Part shown: piece by piece, positions 37,800 through 46,198 of the stretch
Position numbering within the stretch: position 1 is the stretch's first letter
How the letters are laid out: every line of letters starts with the position of its first letter
Source: an uncultured Desulfobacteraceae bacterium
GTDB lineage: Bacteria > Desulfobacterota > DSM-4660 > Desulfatiglandales > B25-G16
Direction: 5' to 3'
NCBI GenBank assembly: GCA_964611035.1
Contig: CAZSWT010000012.1
Location: forward strand, 89-64,088
DNA: 64,000 bases
Position numbers and translations under genes: made by a program
Notes under the pieces: generated by a model
Databases searched by the model: none
Seen by the model: only the letters and a program-made list of their open reading frames with translations
Told to the model about the DNA's origin: nothing

Positions 37800-38030
37800 A
37801 TGATAGTAGTAAAATGTGCTCAATGCAAAGGGAAAATCTTCAAATATCAAAAGATTGGGAAAGGTCGATTATGGCACTGCTGGAAGGAGCGAATAATCGA
37901 GGATTATAGTATTAGAGATGGAAATAAAGTTAAATGCCAATGCGGTAATCTAATTGGTATTGTTGAAGGAAAATGGATTAAGATGAGGCAGCATTCTTTT
38001 ACCCACTCAGGGGCAATAACAAAAAAATAG
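37800..38030 (+). CDS. Small zinc-ribbon-like protein (76 aa)
   Basis: CAQC...CQC pairs. The ATG at 37800 lies just downstream of the lipoprotein stop. Confidence 0.4.
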   Translation: MIVVKCAQCKGKIFKYQKIGKGRLWHCWKERIIEDYSIRDGNKVKCQCGNLIGIVEGKWIKMRQHSFTHSGAITKK

Positions 38031-38039
38031 GAGGTAAAA

Positions 38040-38678
38040 ATGAAGGTCACTATTGTTTATGACAACACTGTTTACCAAAGAGGCCTCAAATCCGATTGGG
38101 GCTTTTCTTGCCTTGTAGAAGTAGAGAAGACGCCGAGAATTCTTTTTGACACGGGGACAAATGGTTCTATACTTCTTTCAAATATGCAAAAACTTAATAT
38201 CGATCCTACTTCTATCGATGAAGTTTTCATTTCCCACCCCCATTTTGATCACATTGGTGGACTTTCTGATTTCCTCCAGGTGAACAGGGAAGTCAAGATT
38301 TATATCCCCACTTCCTGTCCCAAGCCTTCTGGAGCAAAGGAGGTAGTTAGCATTGGACAGCCCCTTCAAATCCACGAAAATATCTCCTCTACTGGCGAGC
38401 TCGATGGTATAGAACAGAGCATGGCGGTCAAAATGGATAAGGGAATAGTAATGGTCGTAGGATGCTCCCACCCAAAAATGGAGCATATTCTACAGGCAGC
38501 TTCTCAATTTGGTAAAGTTTATGGTATTATAGGAGGATTGCATGGAAATAGGCCTGAATCCTTGAAGGACTTGGATTTGATTTGTGCGACCCATTGTACT
38601 CAATATAAGTCAGAGATAAAGTCTCTCTATCCGGAGAAATATATTGAAGGTGGAGCAGGAAGAGTAATTGAAATTTAA
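38040..38678 (+). CDS. MBL-fold metallo-hydrolase (COG1237-like)
   Basis: HPHFDHIGG metal motif. GGAGG upstream of the ATG. Confidence 0.8.
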   Translation: MKVTIVYDNTVYQRGLKSDWGFSCLVEVEKTPRILFDTGTNGSILLSNMQKLNIDPTSIDEVFISHPHFDHIGGLSDFLQVNREVKIYIPTSCPKPSGAKEVVSIGQPLQIHENISSTGELDGIEQSMAVKMDKGIVMVVGCSHPKMEHILQAASQFGKVYGIIGGLHGNRPESLKDLDLICATHCTQYKSEIKSLYPEKYIEGGAGRVIEI

Positions 38679-38679
38679 T

Positions 38680-39510
38680 ATGAATCTCAAAATCTTAATT
38701 TTAATCGGAATCTTAATTTTGACAGGGACAGGAATTTGTTTTTAAATTCAAGCTGAAAAAGCAACTTCGCCAGAAATTTCTATTGAATCAGAAAAAGAAG
38801 AAAAACCAGAAATAACCTTAATTTCGGTTTATGATAACTGCCAGGTAGATCCCGATCTGAAAACTGCATGGGGTTTTGGATGCGTGATAAAAACCCCTAA
38901 AGAACTAATATTGTTTGATACCGGGGGAAATTCAAAGATTTTGCTTTTCAATATGGAGAAGATGAATATCAATCCCAAATCAATTAATAAAGTAATTATT
39001 TCTCATATTCATGGAGATCGTGTGGGGGGATTAGAAGGATTTTTAGAGAAAAATAGTAATGTTACCGTCTTTATTCCAAGTTTCCTTCCTAATTCCTTTA
39101 GAGATATGATAACCAGTCAAGGAGCTGAATTTGTAGATGTTTCAGTCCCTAGAAAAATTTCTGATTTTATTTATACCACTGGAGAACTTTATGGACCTCC
39201 AAAAGAGCAATCTCTAATTATAGATTCAAAAAAGGGCTTAATAGTTATTACTGGGTGTGCTCATCCTGGAGTTGTAAATATTGTTAAAAAAGCCAAAGAA
39301 TTGATGAAAAAAGATAATGTATATCTTGTTATAGGGGGTTTTCATCATCCTCCTATAGCTGTAGTTAAAAAGTTTAGAGAACTTGGAGTAAAAAAAGTTG
39401 CACCATCTCATTGCACAGGTGATTTAGTTAGAGAGGCATTTAGAGAAGAATATAAAGAAGATTTTATAGAATACGGAGTAGGAAAAACAATTGAGATTAA
39501 AAATAATTAA
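38680..39510 (+). pseudogene. Secreted MBL-fold paralog interrupted by an in-frame TAA (38743-38745)
   Basis: ATG at 38680 gives the signal peptide MNLKILILIGILILTGTGICF, then TAA. The same frame continues IQAEK...ITLISVYDNCQVDPDLKTAWGFGCVIKTP, homologous to the N-terminus of 38040-38678 and upstream of the track's GTG at 38884. Confidence 0.6.
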
Positions 39511-39542
39511 AATGTGTTTAATATATCTTCGTTCGCACTATC

Positions 39543-39630
39543 GCCTAACAGCGGATATGAAGTTTCAGCCTTCGGCTTTCGCCCAAATACTCTCTACGCT
39601 CGGCCTTCTCATATCCGCGAACCGTTAATT
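39543..39630 (+). other. attC-like site 3
   Basis: GCCTAAC-AGCGGATATGAAG...CTTCTCATATCCGC-GAACC-GTTAATT. Same class as site 2. Confidence 0.65.
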
Positions 39631-39656
39631 GAAATGGAAGCAAAAGCAGGACAGCG

Positions 39657-40661
39657 ATGATGAACATAGATTTCATTATGACTAGGACGAAAATTTGGTG
39701 GGACGCTGCAAGGTGGTTGGCACTCCCACAATCAGCAATGGCCTGCGCCGTTGGCGGGCTCATTGCCTTCTACCATGGCAAGTTTGATCCGCTACTGTTT
39801 CTGGTCACATTCGCTGGCCTGGTGGCAGTTCATCTCGGCACGAATCTGCTGGATGACTACGCTGACTTAAAAATTGGTGGTTTTTCCATTCGAAATAAGG
39901 TTCAGCAGGCAGGCGATACTGTGCGCACTGAAAAGGCACCTTATGTCATCAACGGCACCATCAAGCTCGATCACGTACTCTACGTTTCATTAGGGCTTTT
40001 CGCACTCGGCCTGCTAGCTGGCGCTTATCTCACGGCAATATCTGGCTGGCCAGTTGCAGCTATAGCTGCCGCTGGAGCGTTCTTTTGCTTTTTCTACTCT
40101 ATGCCACCCGTAAAACTATGCTACCGCGGCATGGGAGAAGTGGCCGTAGCCTTCTCATTCGCGATGACATGTGTGGGCACTTACTACGCCGTGGCACAAA
40201 GCTTTAGTTGGGAGCCGGTTTTCATCTCGGTGCCTATCGGCATCATGGTTGGCCTGATCCTTTACGTCCATTCCATAATGGATTTTAAGCCCGACCTTGC
40301 GGTCAAAAAAAGAACCCTGGTTATGGTCCTTGGTAATCAGCAAAAGGCCATACGGTTACTGCCGCTGGCATTTGTAATAGCTTATGGTTCCATTATTGGC
40401 GGCATAGCGATGGATATCTTGCCGCTCACTACCCTTTTGACACTCCTAAGCATTCCTATGGCAATTAAGCTTGCGCAGCTTATGCGCCGGATAGGACAGG
40501 GTGATTATGAGGTCAAGCGGACTTGGTGGATGGGGCCCATGGAGAGCGGTTTAGTGGAAATAGGACAGTGGTTTATGGTTCGATGGTATCTGGCACGCAA
40601 CCTGATGGTAGCCACTACCCTGCTAATATTTGCTGCGTATATTATAGCGTTAGTCTTTTAG
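39657..40661 (+). CDS. UbiA-family (MenA-like) aromatic prenyltransferase
   Basis: 8-9 TM segments and the Asp-rich NLLDDYADLK motif. Confidence 0.8.
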   Translation: MMNIDFIMTRTKIWWDAARWLALPQSAMACAVGGLIAFYHGKFDPLLFLVTFAGLVAVHLGTNLLDDYADLKIGGFSIRNKVQQAGDTVRTEKAPYVINGTIKLDHVLYVSLGLFALGLLAGAYLTAISGWPVAAIAAAGAFFCFFYSMPPVKLCYRGMGEVAVAFSFAMTCVGTYYAVAQSFSWEPVFISVPIGIMVGLILYVHSIMDFKPDLAVKKRTLVMVLGNQQKAIRLLPLAFVIAYGSIIGGIAMDILPLTTLLTLLSIPMAIKLAQLMRRIGQGDYEVKRTWWMGPMESGLVEIGQWFMVRWYLARNLMVATTLLIFAAYIIALVF

Positions 40662-40673
40662 TGAGGAGGCCAC

Positions 40674-41588
40674 ATGTTTGAGTTAGCGCACTATGCAGCA
40701 TGGTATGCCAAGTGTCGTTTATTGGGTAAAAGGTTACCAATCCAGTCGGTTGTTTTCATCACCACACGCTGCAACTTGAAATGCAAGCACTGTATATTTG
40801 CTAAGGGCGTGGCTGAAGGCACACTTAAGGCAGAGGATTTTACCTTTTCACATGTTATGGACTTACTGAGGCAATGCTATGACGCCGGCTCACGGATGGT
40901 CACCTTTGAGGGTGGTGAGCCACTTCTCTGGCAGGATGAAGGCCTTTACTTAGAGGATCTGGTCAAAAAAGCCAATAAAATAGGCTTCCTGTCCACTAGC
41001 TACAGTACCAATGGCACTTTCCCCATTCCCAACAGCAGCGCTGACCGTATCTTTGTGAGCCTGGATGGAACGAAAGAGTTCCATGATGAAATACGGGGGG
41101 CAGGAACGTTTGACCAGGTCATGCAGAATATAGTGGAGTCTTCCTACCCTCACATCAGCGTCAATATGGTTGTGAATAATATCAATTGGAAATGTGTCCC
41201 AGATTTGATACACCTTGTAGCTGAAACGAGGAATATCAAAAGCATTTCGATCAATTTTCACACCCCTCACGTGGGGGTGGAGGATTTTTTTCTGCCCTGG
41301 GATAAACGTAAACTGGTGCTTGACCAGGTGATCAAGCTTAAGAAAGAGGGCTATACCATTGCTAACTCGCTAGAAGGTCTGAAACGCATGTACGATAACA
41401 GGTTTACCAAACGCTGTTGGATAACTAACTTTGTCTTACCTGATGGAAAACTCCACCCCCAATGTCCGGGTGCTGAAGAAGGAATCTGTGATAGGTGTGG
41501 CTATGGCATGGGTGCCGAGATGTCGGCTCTATATGATCTTGCGCCGTCTACTATTATAGAGGGGCTAAAACTGTTCTCAAAGCATTGA
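40674..41588 (+). CDS. Radical SAM enzyme, function unknown
   Basis: TTRCNLKCKHC (CxxxCxxC), a C-terminal Cys cluster CPGAEEGICDRCGYG, and GGAGG upstream of the ATG. Confidence 0.8.
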   Translation: MFELAHYAAWYAKCRLLGKRLPIQSVVFITTRCNLKCKHCIFAKGVAEGTLKAEDFTFSHVMDLLRQCYDAGSRMVTFEGGEPLLWQDEGLYLEDLVKKANKIGFLSTSYSTNGTFPIPNSSADRIFVSLDGTKEFHDEIRGAGTFDQVMQNIVESSYPHISVNMVVNNINWKCVPDLIHLVAETRNIKSISINFHTPHVGVEDFFLPWDKRKLVLDQVIKLKKEGYTIANSLEGLKRMYDNRFTKRCWITNFVLPDGKLHPQCPGAEEGICDRCGYGMGAEMSALYDLAPSTIIEGLKLFSKH

Positions 41589-41628
41589 ATAATTAACCTT
41601 TTGAAGCATGAACTCTATCTTGCACTTC

Positions 41629-41709
41629 ACTTAACACGGTGTAAAAGACTCCGCTTCGCTCCGTTCAGATTCGGCTTCGCCGAACTTCTTTTACACCCAA
41701 AACGCTATC
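41629..41709 (+). other. attC-like site 4
   Basis: ACTTAAC-AC-GGTGTAAAAGA...TCTTTTACACC-CAAAAC-GCTATCT. Perfect 11-bp stem. The 3' box has GCT instead of GTT. Confidence 0.55.
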
Positions 41710-41756
41710 TGCTATGCTTATAAATATGAAAGTATGAAAATTATGTGTTATCGTGA

Positions 41757-41882
41757 AAAGGAGGGAATATTCTGGGAGTAATCGATAAGATACGCAAAAA
41801 GGTCATCGACAAGCAGTATGAATGCACAATTCCACACTTCTTTGAAGAGATGGTGCAGTGTTTATGCCCTATAATAATTTAA
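41757..41882 (+). pseudogene. Truncated DUF4258-like toxin remnant
   Basis: The frame reads ILGVIDKIRKKVIDKQYECTIPHFFEEMVQ, then stops early. There is no ATG start. It sits in the usual toxin position upstream of a YgiT-type antitoxin. Confidence 0.35.
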
Positions 41883-41894
41883 GAGGTGATAAAA

Positions 41895-42155
41895 ATGTAT
41901 AATTATGGAAAATGCGAAATCTGTAATACTCCACTCGAGGAGAAGATTATCCAGCAGGACTTTTGGATTAAGGACAAATTGGTAGTGATTGATAAAGTTC
42001 CAGCTGGGGTATGTCCTCAATGTGGCGAAAAAATTGTCAATGCAGAGGTAGGAGAACATATCGCTGAGCTACTTAAGGACAGAACCCGTATAAATAAAGC
42101 ACCTACCATATCTGTTCCACTTATAAAGTATGAATTAGAAACCAGGGCAGTTTGA
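41895..42155 (+). CDS. YgiT-type zinc-finger protein (MqsA-like antitoxin N-domain family)
   Basis: CEICNTPL...CPQCGEK zinc ribbon. AAGAGG upstream of the ATG at 41895. Confidence 0.7.
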   Translation: MYNYGKCEICNTPLEEKIIQQDFWIKDKLVVIDKVPAGVCPQCGEKIVNAEVGEHIAELLKDRTRINKAPTISVPLIKYELETRAV

Positions 42156-42174
42156 GACTGTTTGGACGCACAGC

Positions 42175-42272
42175 AGATAACACATCATATACGCTACCCT
42201 CCGGTCCTTCGCTTGGCATTAGGGGCATTACTCCCTTTGTTTGGAAGGTCGGATATGCTGGGTACGTTATTT
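42175..42272 (+). other. attC-like site 5
   Basis: AGATAAC-ACATCATAT...GATATGCTGGGTAC-GTTATTT. Same terminal class as site 1. Confidence 0.6.
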
Positions 42273-42390
42273 GCGTTGGCCCCTATATATCAAATTAATT
42301 ATTGAAAAGGGGAAAGAGGAGATATTTAGCATGCAGGAAGGGCTGTTTGCTGAACGCTGATCGCTTACGATATTCTAAGGTAAAGCAAAC

Positions 42391-43383
42391 ATGAGGAAAG
42401 TCTCGAGATTAATTCAACAAGCCAGAGAGGTACTACAGATTGAGGCCCAAGGGGTCCTCGATTTAATTGAAAGGATAGGGCCTGAGTTTGAACAAGCTGT
42501 AGAGATGATTCTGAATAGCAAAGGAAGGGTAATTTTTACAGGAATTGGTAAATCAGGTTTAGTTGGCAGAAAGATCATGGCGACTCTCAACAGTACTGGT
42601 ACCCCCTCACTCTTTCTGCATCCAGTGGAGGCAGTTCATGGTGATCTGGGTATGGTTACAGCTGATGATATTGTTATAGCTATCTCTAACAGCGGCTATA
42701 CAAAGGAGTTAATAAATATTTTACCAATCCTGAAAAATCTTGGCATAAAGGTTATTGCCTTTTGTGGAGATCCGGAATCGCCGTTAGCAAAAGAAAGCCA
42801 TCTATTTATAGATGTAGGGGTGGAAAGAGAGGCATGTCCTTTGGGTCTCGCACCCACAACCAGCACAACTGCTGCCCTGGCCATGGGTGATGCGTTAGCT
42901 GTTGTTCTTATAAACCGCAAGCAGTTCAATAGGAAGGACTTTAAAAGGTTTCACCCAGGCGGTAGTTTGGGAGACAGGCTTTCAATCAAGATTAAAGAGG
43001 TTATGTTTACAGGAGACCGGATACCTTTAGTTGCTATAGACCAAACAGTGAGGGAGACTATCTTTGAAATCGACAAAAAAAAGTTAGGTGCATCTCTGGT
43101 TGCAGATGATGACCTTATCTTACTTGGTATTGTCACAGATGGTGATATCAGAAGAGCCCTTTTAAATTGGAAAGATATAATGGGATTAAAGGTGGAGAAG
43201 ATAATGTCAAGATCTCCAAAGATGATCGATGAAGAAAAAAAGGTATCTGAAGCAGTAACCTTAATGGAACATAATGCTATTAGTGTGTTACCCGTTGTGG
43301 ACAAATTAAAAAGAGTTAAAGGTATTGTCCATTTACATGAGCTCTTAGGGGGAAAGGAATTCAGATTAAATGGAAGCCAATAA
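42391..43383 (+). CDS. kpsF: KpsF/GutQ-family arabinose-5-phosphate isomerase (SIS + 2 CBS)
   Basis: GIGKSGLVGRKIMATLNSTGTPS SIS motif and a C-terminal CBS pair. Confidence 0.9.
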   Translation: MRKVSRLIQQAREVLQIEAQGVLDLIERIGPEFEQAVEMILNSKGRVIFTGIGKSGLVGRKIMATLNSTGTPSLFLHPVEAVHGDLGMVTADDIVIAISNSGYTKELINILPILKNLGIKVIAFCGDPESPLAKESHLFIDVGVEREACPLGLAPTTSTTAALAMGDALAVVLINRKQFNRKDFKRFHPGGSLGDRLSIKIKEVMFTGDRIPLVAIDQTVRETIFEIDKKKLGASLVADDDLILLGIVTDGDIRRALLNWKDIMGLKVEKIMSRSPKMIDEEKKVSEAVTLMEHNAISVLPVVDKLKRVKGIVHLHELLGGKEFRLNGSQ

Positions 43384-44320
43384 AACCCCTAAAGGATTGA
43401 TCGTTGATCTCATTACCCCCCTTGATGATAAGGGAGATATTGACAATGACGGTTTGGTTTCTCTTTTAAAAAAGGTTCTGCCTTATGCCGATGCAATACT
43501 CCTTGCCAGTCCCAAGATGGGTGAGGGTAGTGGTCTTAGCTTAAATCTGAAAACAGACTTACTACAAAATGCTACTACTTTTATTCAGGGAAGAATACCG
43601 ATCTTTTTTTGGATAAGTGAAGATTCAGCAGAAAATACTGAAAAGACGCTTGCTCTTCTTGAAGATCTTCTAAAATCATATAGTTATAAGGGAGAAGTTT
43701 TCTGGCTTGACTCACCACTTTATTATCATAGCAACAGGGGTCTATATGACCATTACCAGGATCTTACCTTGAATACAAAATATCCTTTTGTGCTTTATAA
43801 CGATCCAGGACTGATTAACCTTTTAGAAAGGCCTTTAAAGAGGTGTAATATACGAACAAGCATCCTTAAAAATTTGGCTGAAATAGGAAAAATCAAGGCA
43901 TTAATCTTTCGTGGCTCACTTACCAGGGTTAATAACTACCAGAAGGCCGTTAACCGTCGGCCGGATTTTAGGGTCTATGATGGAGATGAGGATAGGTTTT
44001 TAGAGTACCCAAGCATGAGTGGGGTACTTTCAATAGGGGCAAATATAGCACCAAGGATCTGGAGTAATGTAACCAGGGCCTCGCTGGGTCTGTTAGAGGA
44101 AGACAGGGAAAAAAGAGATTATCTACATCAAATCTGGGAAATGGGGAGATTGCTCAAAGATCTCAGGCAAATTTACAACCCAAACCCTGTATGGACAATT
44201 AAAAAGTCTCTGGTAGACCTCAATATTATAGGCTTTCAAGCCTGTACATCTGTAACACAGCCTTTTGTTGAAGAAGAAAACCATCTATCTGAGTTTATCT
44301 CAACTCATGCTATAGAGTAA
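43370..44320 (+). CDS. Dihydrodipicolinate synthase/N-acetylneuraminate lyase-family protein (divergent)
   Basis: Overall DapA-like TIM-barrel pattern, with a candidate Schiff-base Lys in GKIKAL. The assignment is weak. Confidence 0.45.
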   Translation: MEANKTPKGLIVDLITPLDDKGDIDNDGLVSLLKKVLPYADAILLASPKMGEGSGLSLNLKTDLLQNATTFIQGRIPIFFWISEDSAENTEKTLALLEDLLKSYSYKGEVFWLDSPLYYHSNRGLYDHYQDLTLNTKYPFVLYNDPGLINLLERPLKRCNIRTSILKNLAEIGKIKALIFRGSLTRVNNYQKAVNRRPDFRVYDGDEDRFLEYPSMSGVLSIGANIAPRIWSNVTRASLGLLEEDREKRDYLHQIWEMGRLLKDLRQIYNPNPVWTIKKSLVDLNIIGFQACTSVTQPFVEEENHLSEFISTHAIE

Positions 44321-44373
44321 TAATTCTTAATCCATCTCATTCCATGACTATGAGTGCTCCGGTCAACAATTTT

Positions 44374-44660
44374 GGATCTTCTCCAAATTAGTTGGTCAAG
44401 ATTAAGGCTTAAATCTTATTTGATTAATGATTTCAGTAGGTATAGCTTTTAAAAGCAACTCCGATAATGGGTACCTACCAGGCTCATCATAGCAGTTGCC
44501 TATAAAAGTAATTTCCTGTTAATACTTAATTTCTGGAGTAACATTATCACCTAACAATATGGCCTAATTAATCAAAAAGGTTAATGGTGAAATTACATTT
44601 AATTTCAATATGTTGTATTTTGGTAAATCATTTTTCTACCAACTAATTTGGAGAAGAACC
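44374..44660 (-). mobile_element. 287-bp MITE, copy 2 (reverse orientation)
   Basis: Reverse complement of 24577-24863, apparently identical by eye. Flanked by direct ACAATTTT (44366-44373 and 44661-44668). Confidence 0.85.
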
Positions 44661-44882
44661 ACAATTTTAAACTTTATCCTGATTGGTATTTTTACATTCA
44701 TTCATCTTTATTGTTCCAAATCCTTAACATGTTTGCAGTTGTTATTACTTGCCTTAATATTCGTAGCTTGCGTCGTAGCCGCAGCATGGGCTTGGTATGA
44801 AACGGCCGAAAATTATTATATCCATCTTACAGCAACTTATGATGAAGTAACTAAAAAAGACCATCCTAAAGAGGAGCAATAA
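44610..44882 (+). CDS. Small 2-TM hypothetical protein; the start codon and first 17 codons come from the MITE
   Basis: ORF track. The hydrophobic segments lie outside the MITE. The start is questionable. Confidence 0.3.
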   Translation: MLYFGKSFFYQLIWRRTTILNFILIGIFTFIHLYCSKSLTCLQLLLLALIFVACVVAAAWAWYETAENYYIHLTATYDEVTKKDHPKEEQ

Positions 44883-44885
44883 TTT

Positions 44886-44959
44886 GGCTAACCAATCATT
44901 TGAGTGGGACTGGTTTTATGCTGGCCGCTCCAAACCAGCCCCTAAATTCATCGTTAGGT
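44886..44959 (+). other. attC-like site 6
   Basis: GGCTAAC...CATTT(G)AG-GGGACTGGTTT...AAACCAGCCCC-CTAAAT...-GTTAGGT. It has an extrahelical G and a canonical GTTRRRY box. Confidence 0.6.
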
Positions 44960-45007
44960 GCCTACTGTCAGAACGGGTATATGTGTGCCCTGTCTCTGCT
45001 AACTTGA

Positions 45008-45131
45008 TAGTATAGGAAATCCCATTTTTTAGACAGGATAGACGGGATGTTCAGGATATAAAGAAAATAAGAAAATCTTGTTAATCGTGGTAATCCTGTC
45101 AAAAAAGTTCCGCCGAAGGCGGCTAAGTTCA
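45008..45131 (+). repeat. Structured repeat unit D (R1 family), solo copy
   Basis: Appears identical by eye to unit A (7128-7251). Confidence 0.85.
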
Positions 45132-45158
45132 AGATTAATCAATCCGGAAGCATAGAAA

Positions 45159-45455
45159 ATGGCAAAAGGATCAAAAACTCCAGCGTCTAGAAAGTGGTCA
45201 GCAAAAGTTACCCATGAGAGCTATGCACTGGATCTGGAAGAAGGTGTCTTTACCTGGAGAGATCCAAAAAGGATTGCACTGTCACTTAAGAAGTCGGCAG
45301 ATACCAGCAAGCACCGCAAGGCTCCGCCGTTTCGTTCTGCCATGTCCATGCTGGTATTCTATATTAATCGAGCAGGTAAGAATTTGGACAAGGACCAGAA
45401 GCGTATTTTGGAAAAGGCAAAGGATGAGTTGCGCAAATTATATTGTAAGGTCTGA
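45159..45455 (+). CDS. DUF3175-family protein
   Basis: 98 aa, basic, with the pattern THESYALDLEEGVFTW...SAMSMLVFYINRAGKNL as I remember for DUF3175. Confidence 0.55.
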   Translation: MAKGSKTPASRKWSAKVTHESYALDLEEGVFTWRDPKRIALSLKKSADTSKHRKAPPFRSAMSMLVFYINRAGKNLDKDQKRILEKAKDELRKLYCKV

Positions 45456-45683
45456 TAATTCTGTGCGGCTTGAATGGACCGATCATCCGAATCCATCGGC
45501 TAACATTCCGGCGAAGACGGGCAAGGTCGTGGAACTTTGAGCTTTTAACAAATTTTGGGTTTATTTGGCATTAACCAAGGCCTCTTTACCCTGCTCGCTG
45601 GTGATGGTGGACGTTCAAGTAAGCCTTCGGCAGGTGTTTCATGAATTTGACAATGTAGTCAGCCCTTGACGATAGACATTTTC

Positions 45684-45831
45684 GCCTAACAAATCGTAAC
45701 TTCTCAATAAGTTGGGGCAGCAGTTTAAAAAATGCGGCATATCATTTAAAGGAGCATGGCGGTTTTTAAAATGCTCTATCCCGCATTAAAGTAAGTGGTT
45801 TTTCAAGGTTCAGTACCTCGCAGTGTTGGCG
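45684..45831 (+). other. Long attC-like / nested-stem structure
   Basis: GCCTAAC...GTTGGCG ends enclose the nested inverted repeats AATGCGG/CCGCATT and GAGCAT/ATGCTC. Confidence 0.3.
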
Positions 45832-45970
45832 GCAAGTGACCTCTGTCGAACCCCATAGAAAAACTCTATGCTTTTATATTTGATTTTATTATAAGCGTGG
45901 TTTATAATGTACATTAACATAGATTGACGTACATGATTTTTATATTTTATATTTAAAAATGGAGTGAATT

Positions 45971-46198
45971 ATGATCACAGTTTCAGCAACAAAACTAAGA
46001 AATAATCTGTTCAATTATCTTGATAAAGTTGCAGAAGGAGAGACGGTTGTGATTCAGCGTAATAATCACGAAGTTGCACGCTTGCTTCCTTTACAAAAAC
46101 CTAACTGGCGCAATAATATGAGCATAAGGCCTAAAATACTCGTATCTTCGGATGAATTAATTAAACCCATCGAAGATATTTGGGAGGATTACGTTTGA
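45971..46198 (+). CDS. Phd/YefM-family antitoxin
   Basis: MITVSATKLRNNLFNYLDKVAEGETVVIQRNN is typical of Phd/YefM. Confidence 0.85.
   Translation: MITVSATKLRNNLFNYLDKVAEGETVVIQRNNHEVARLLPLQKPNWRNNMSIRPKILVSSDELIKPIEDIWEDYV

Noticed and set aside
38743-38745. Stop-codon reassignment or readthrough of the TAA in the MBL paralog
   Set aside because: TAA is used as an ordinary stop by many genes in this window (for example 38676-38678). A simple nonsense mutation or a sequencing error is more parsimonious.
39545-39763. 72-aa reverse-strand ORF
   Set aside because: It overlies attC-like site 3 and the start of the UbiA gene. It is a palindrome artefact.
24864-44373. Inversion of the 19.5-kb segment between the two inverted MITE copies
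   Set aside because: Each copy still has matching 8-bp duplications on both of its own sides (TAAAATCT/TAAAATCT and ACAATTTT/ACAATTTT). A single recombination between copies would have swapped the flanks. In this assembly the segment is therefore in the insertion-time orientation. Population heterogeneity cannot be excluded.
45214-45540. 108-aa ORF in an alternative frame
   Set aside because: It overlaps the DUF3175-like frame (45159-45455), which has the family-like sequence and an upstream ATG context.
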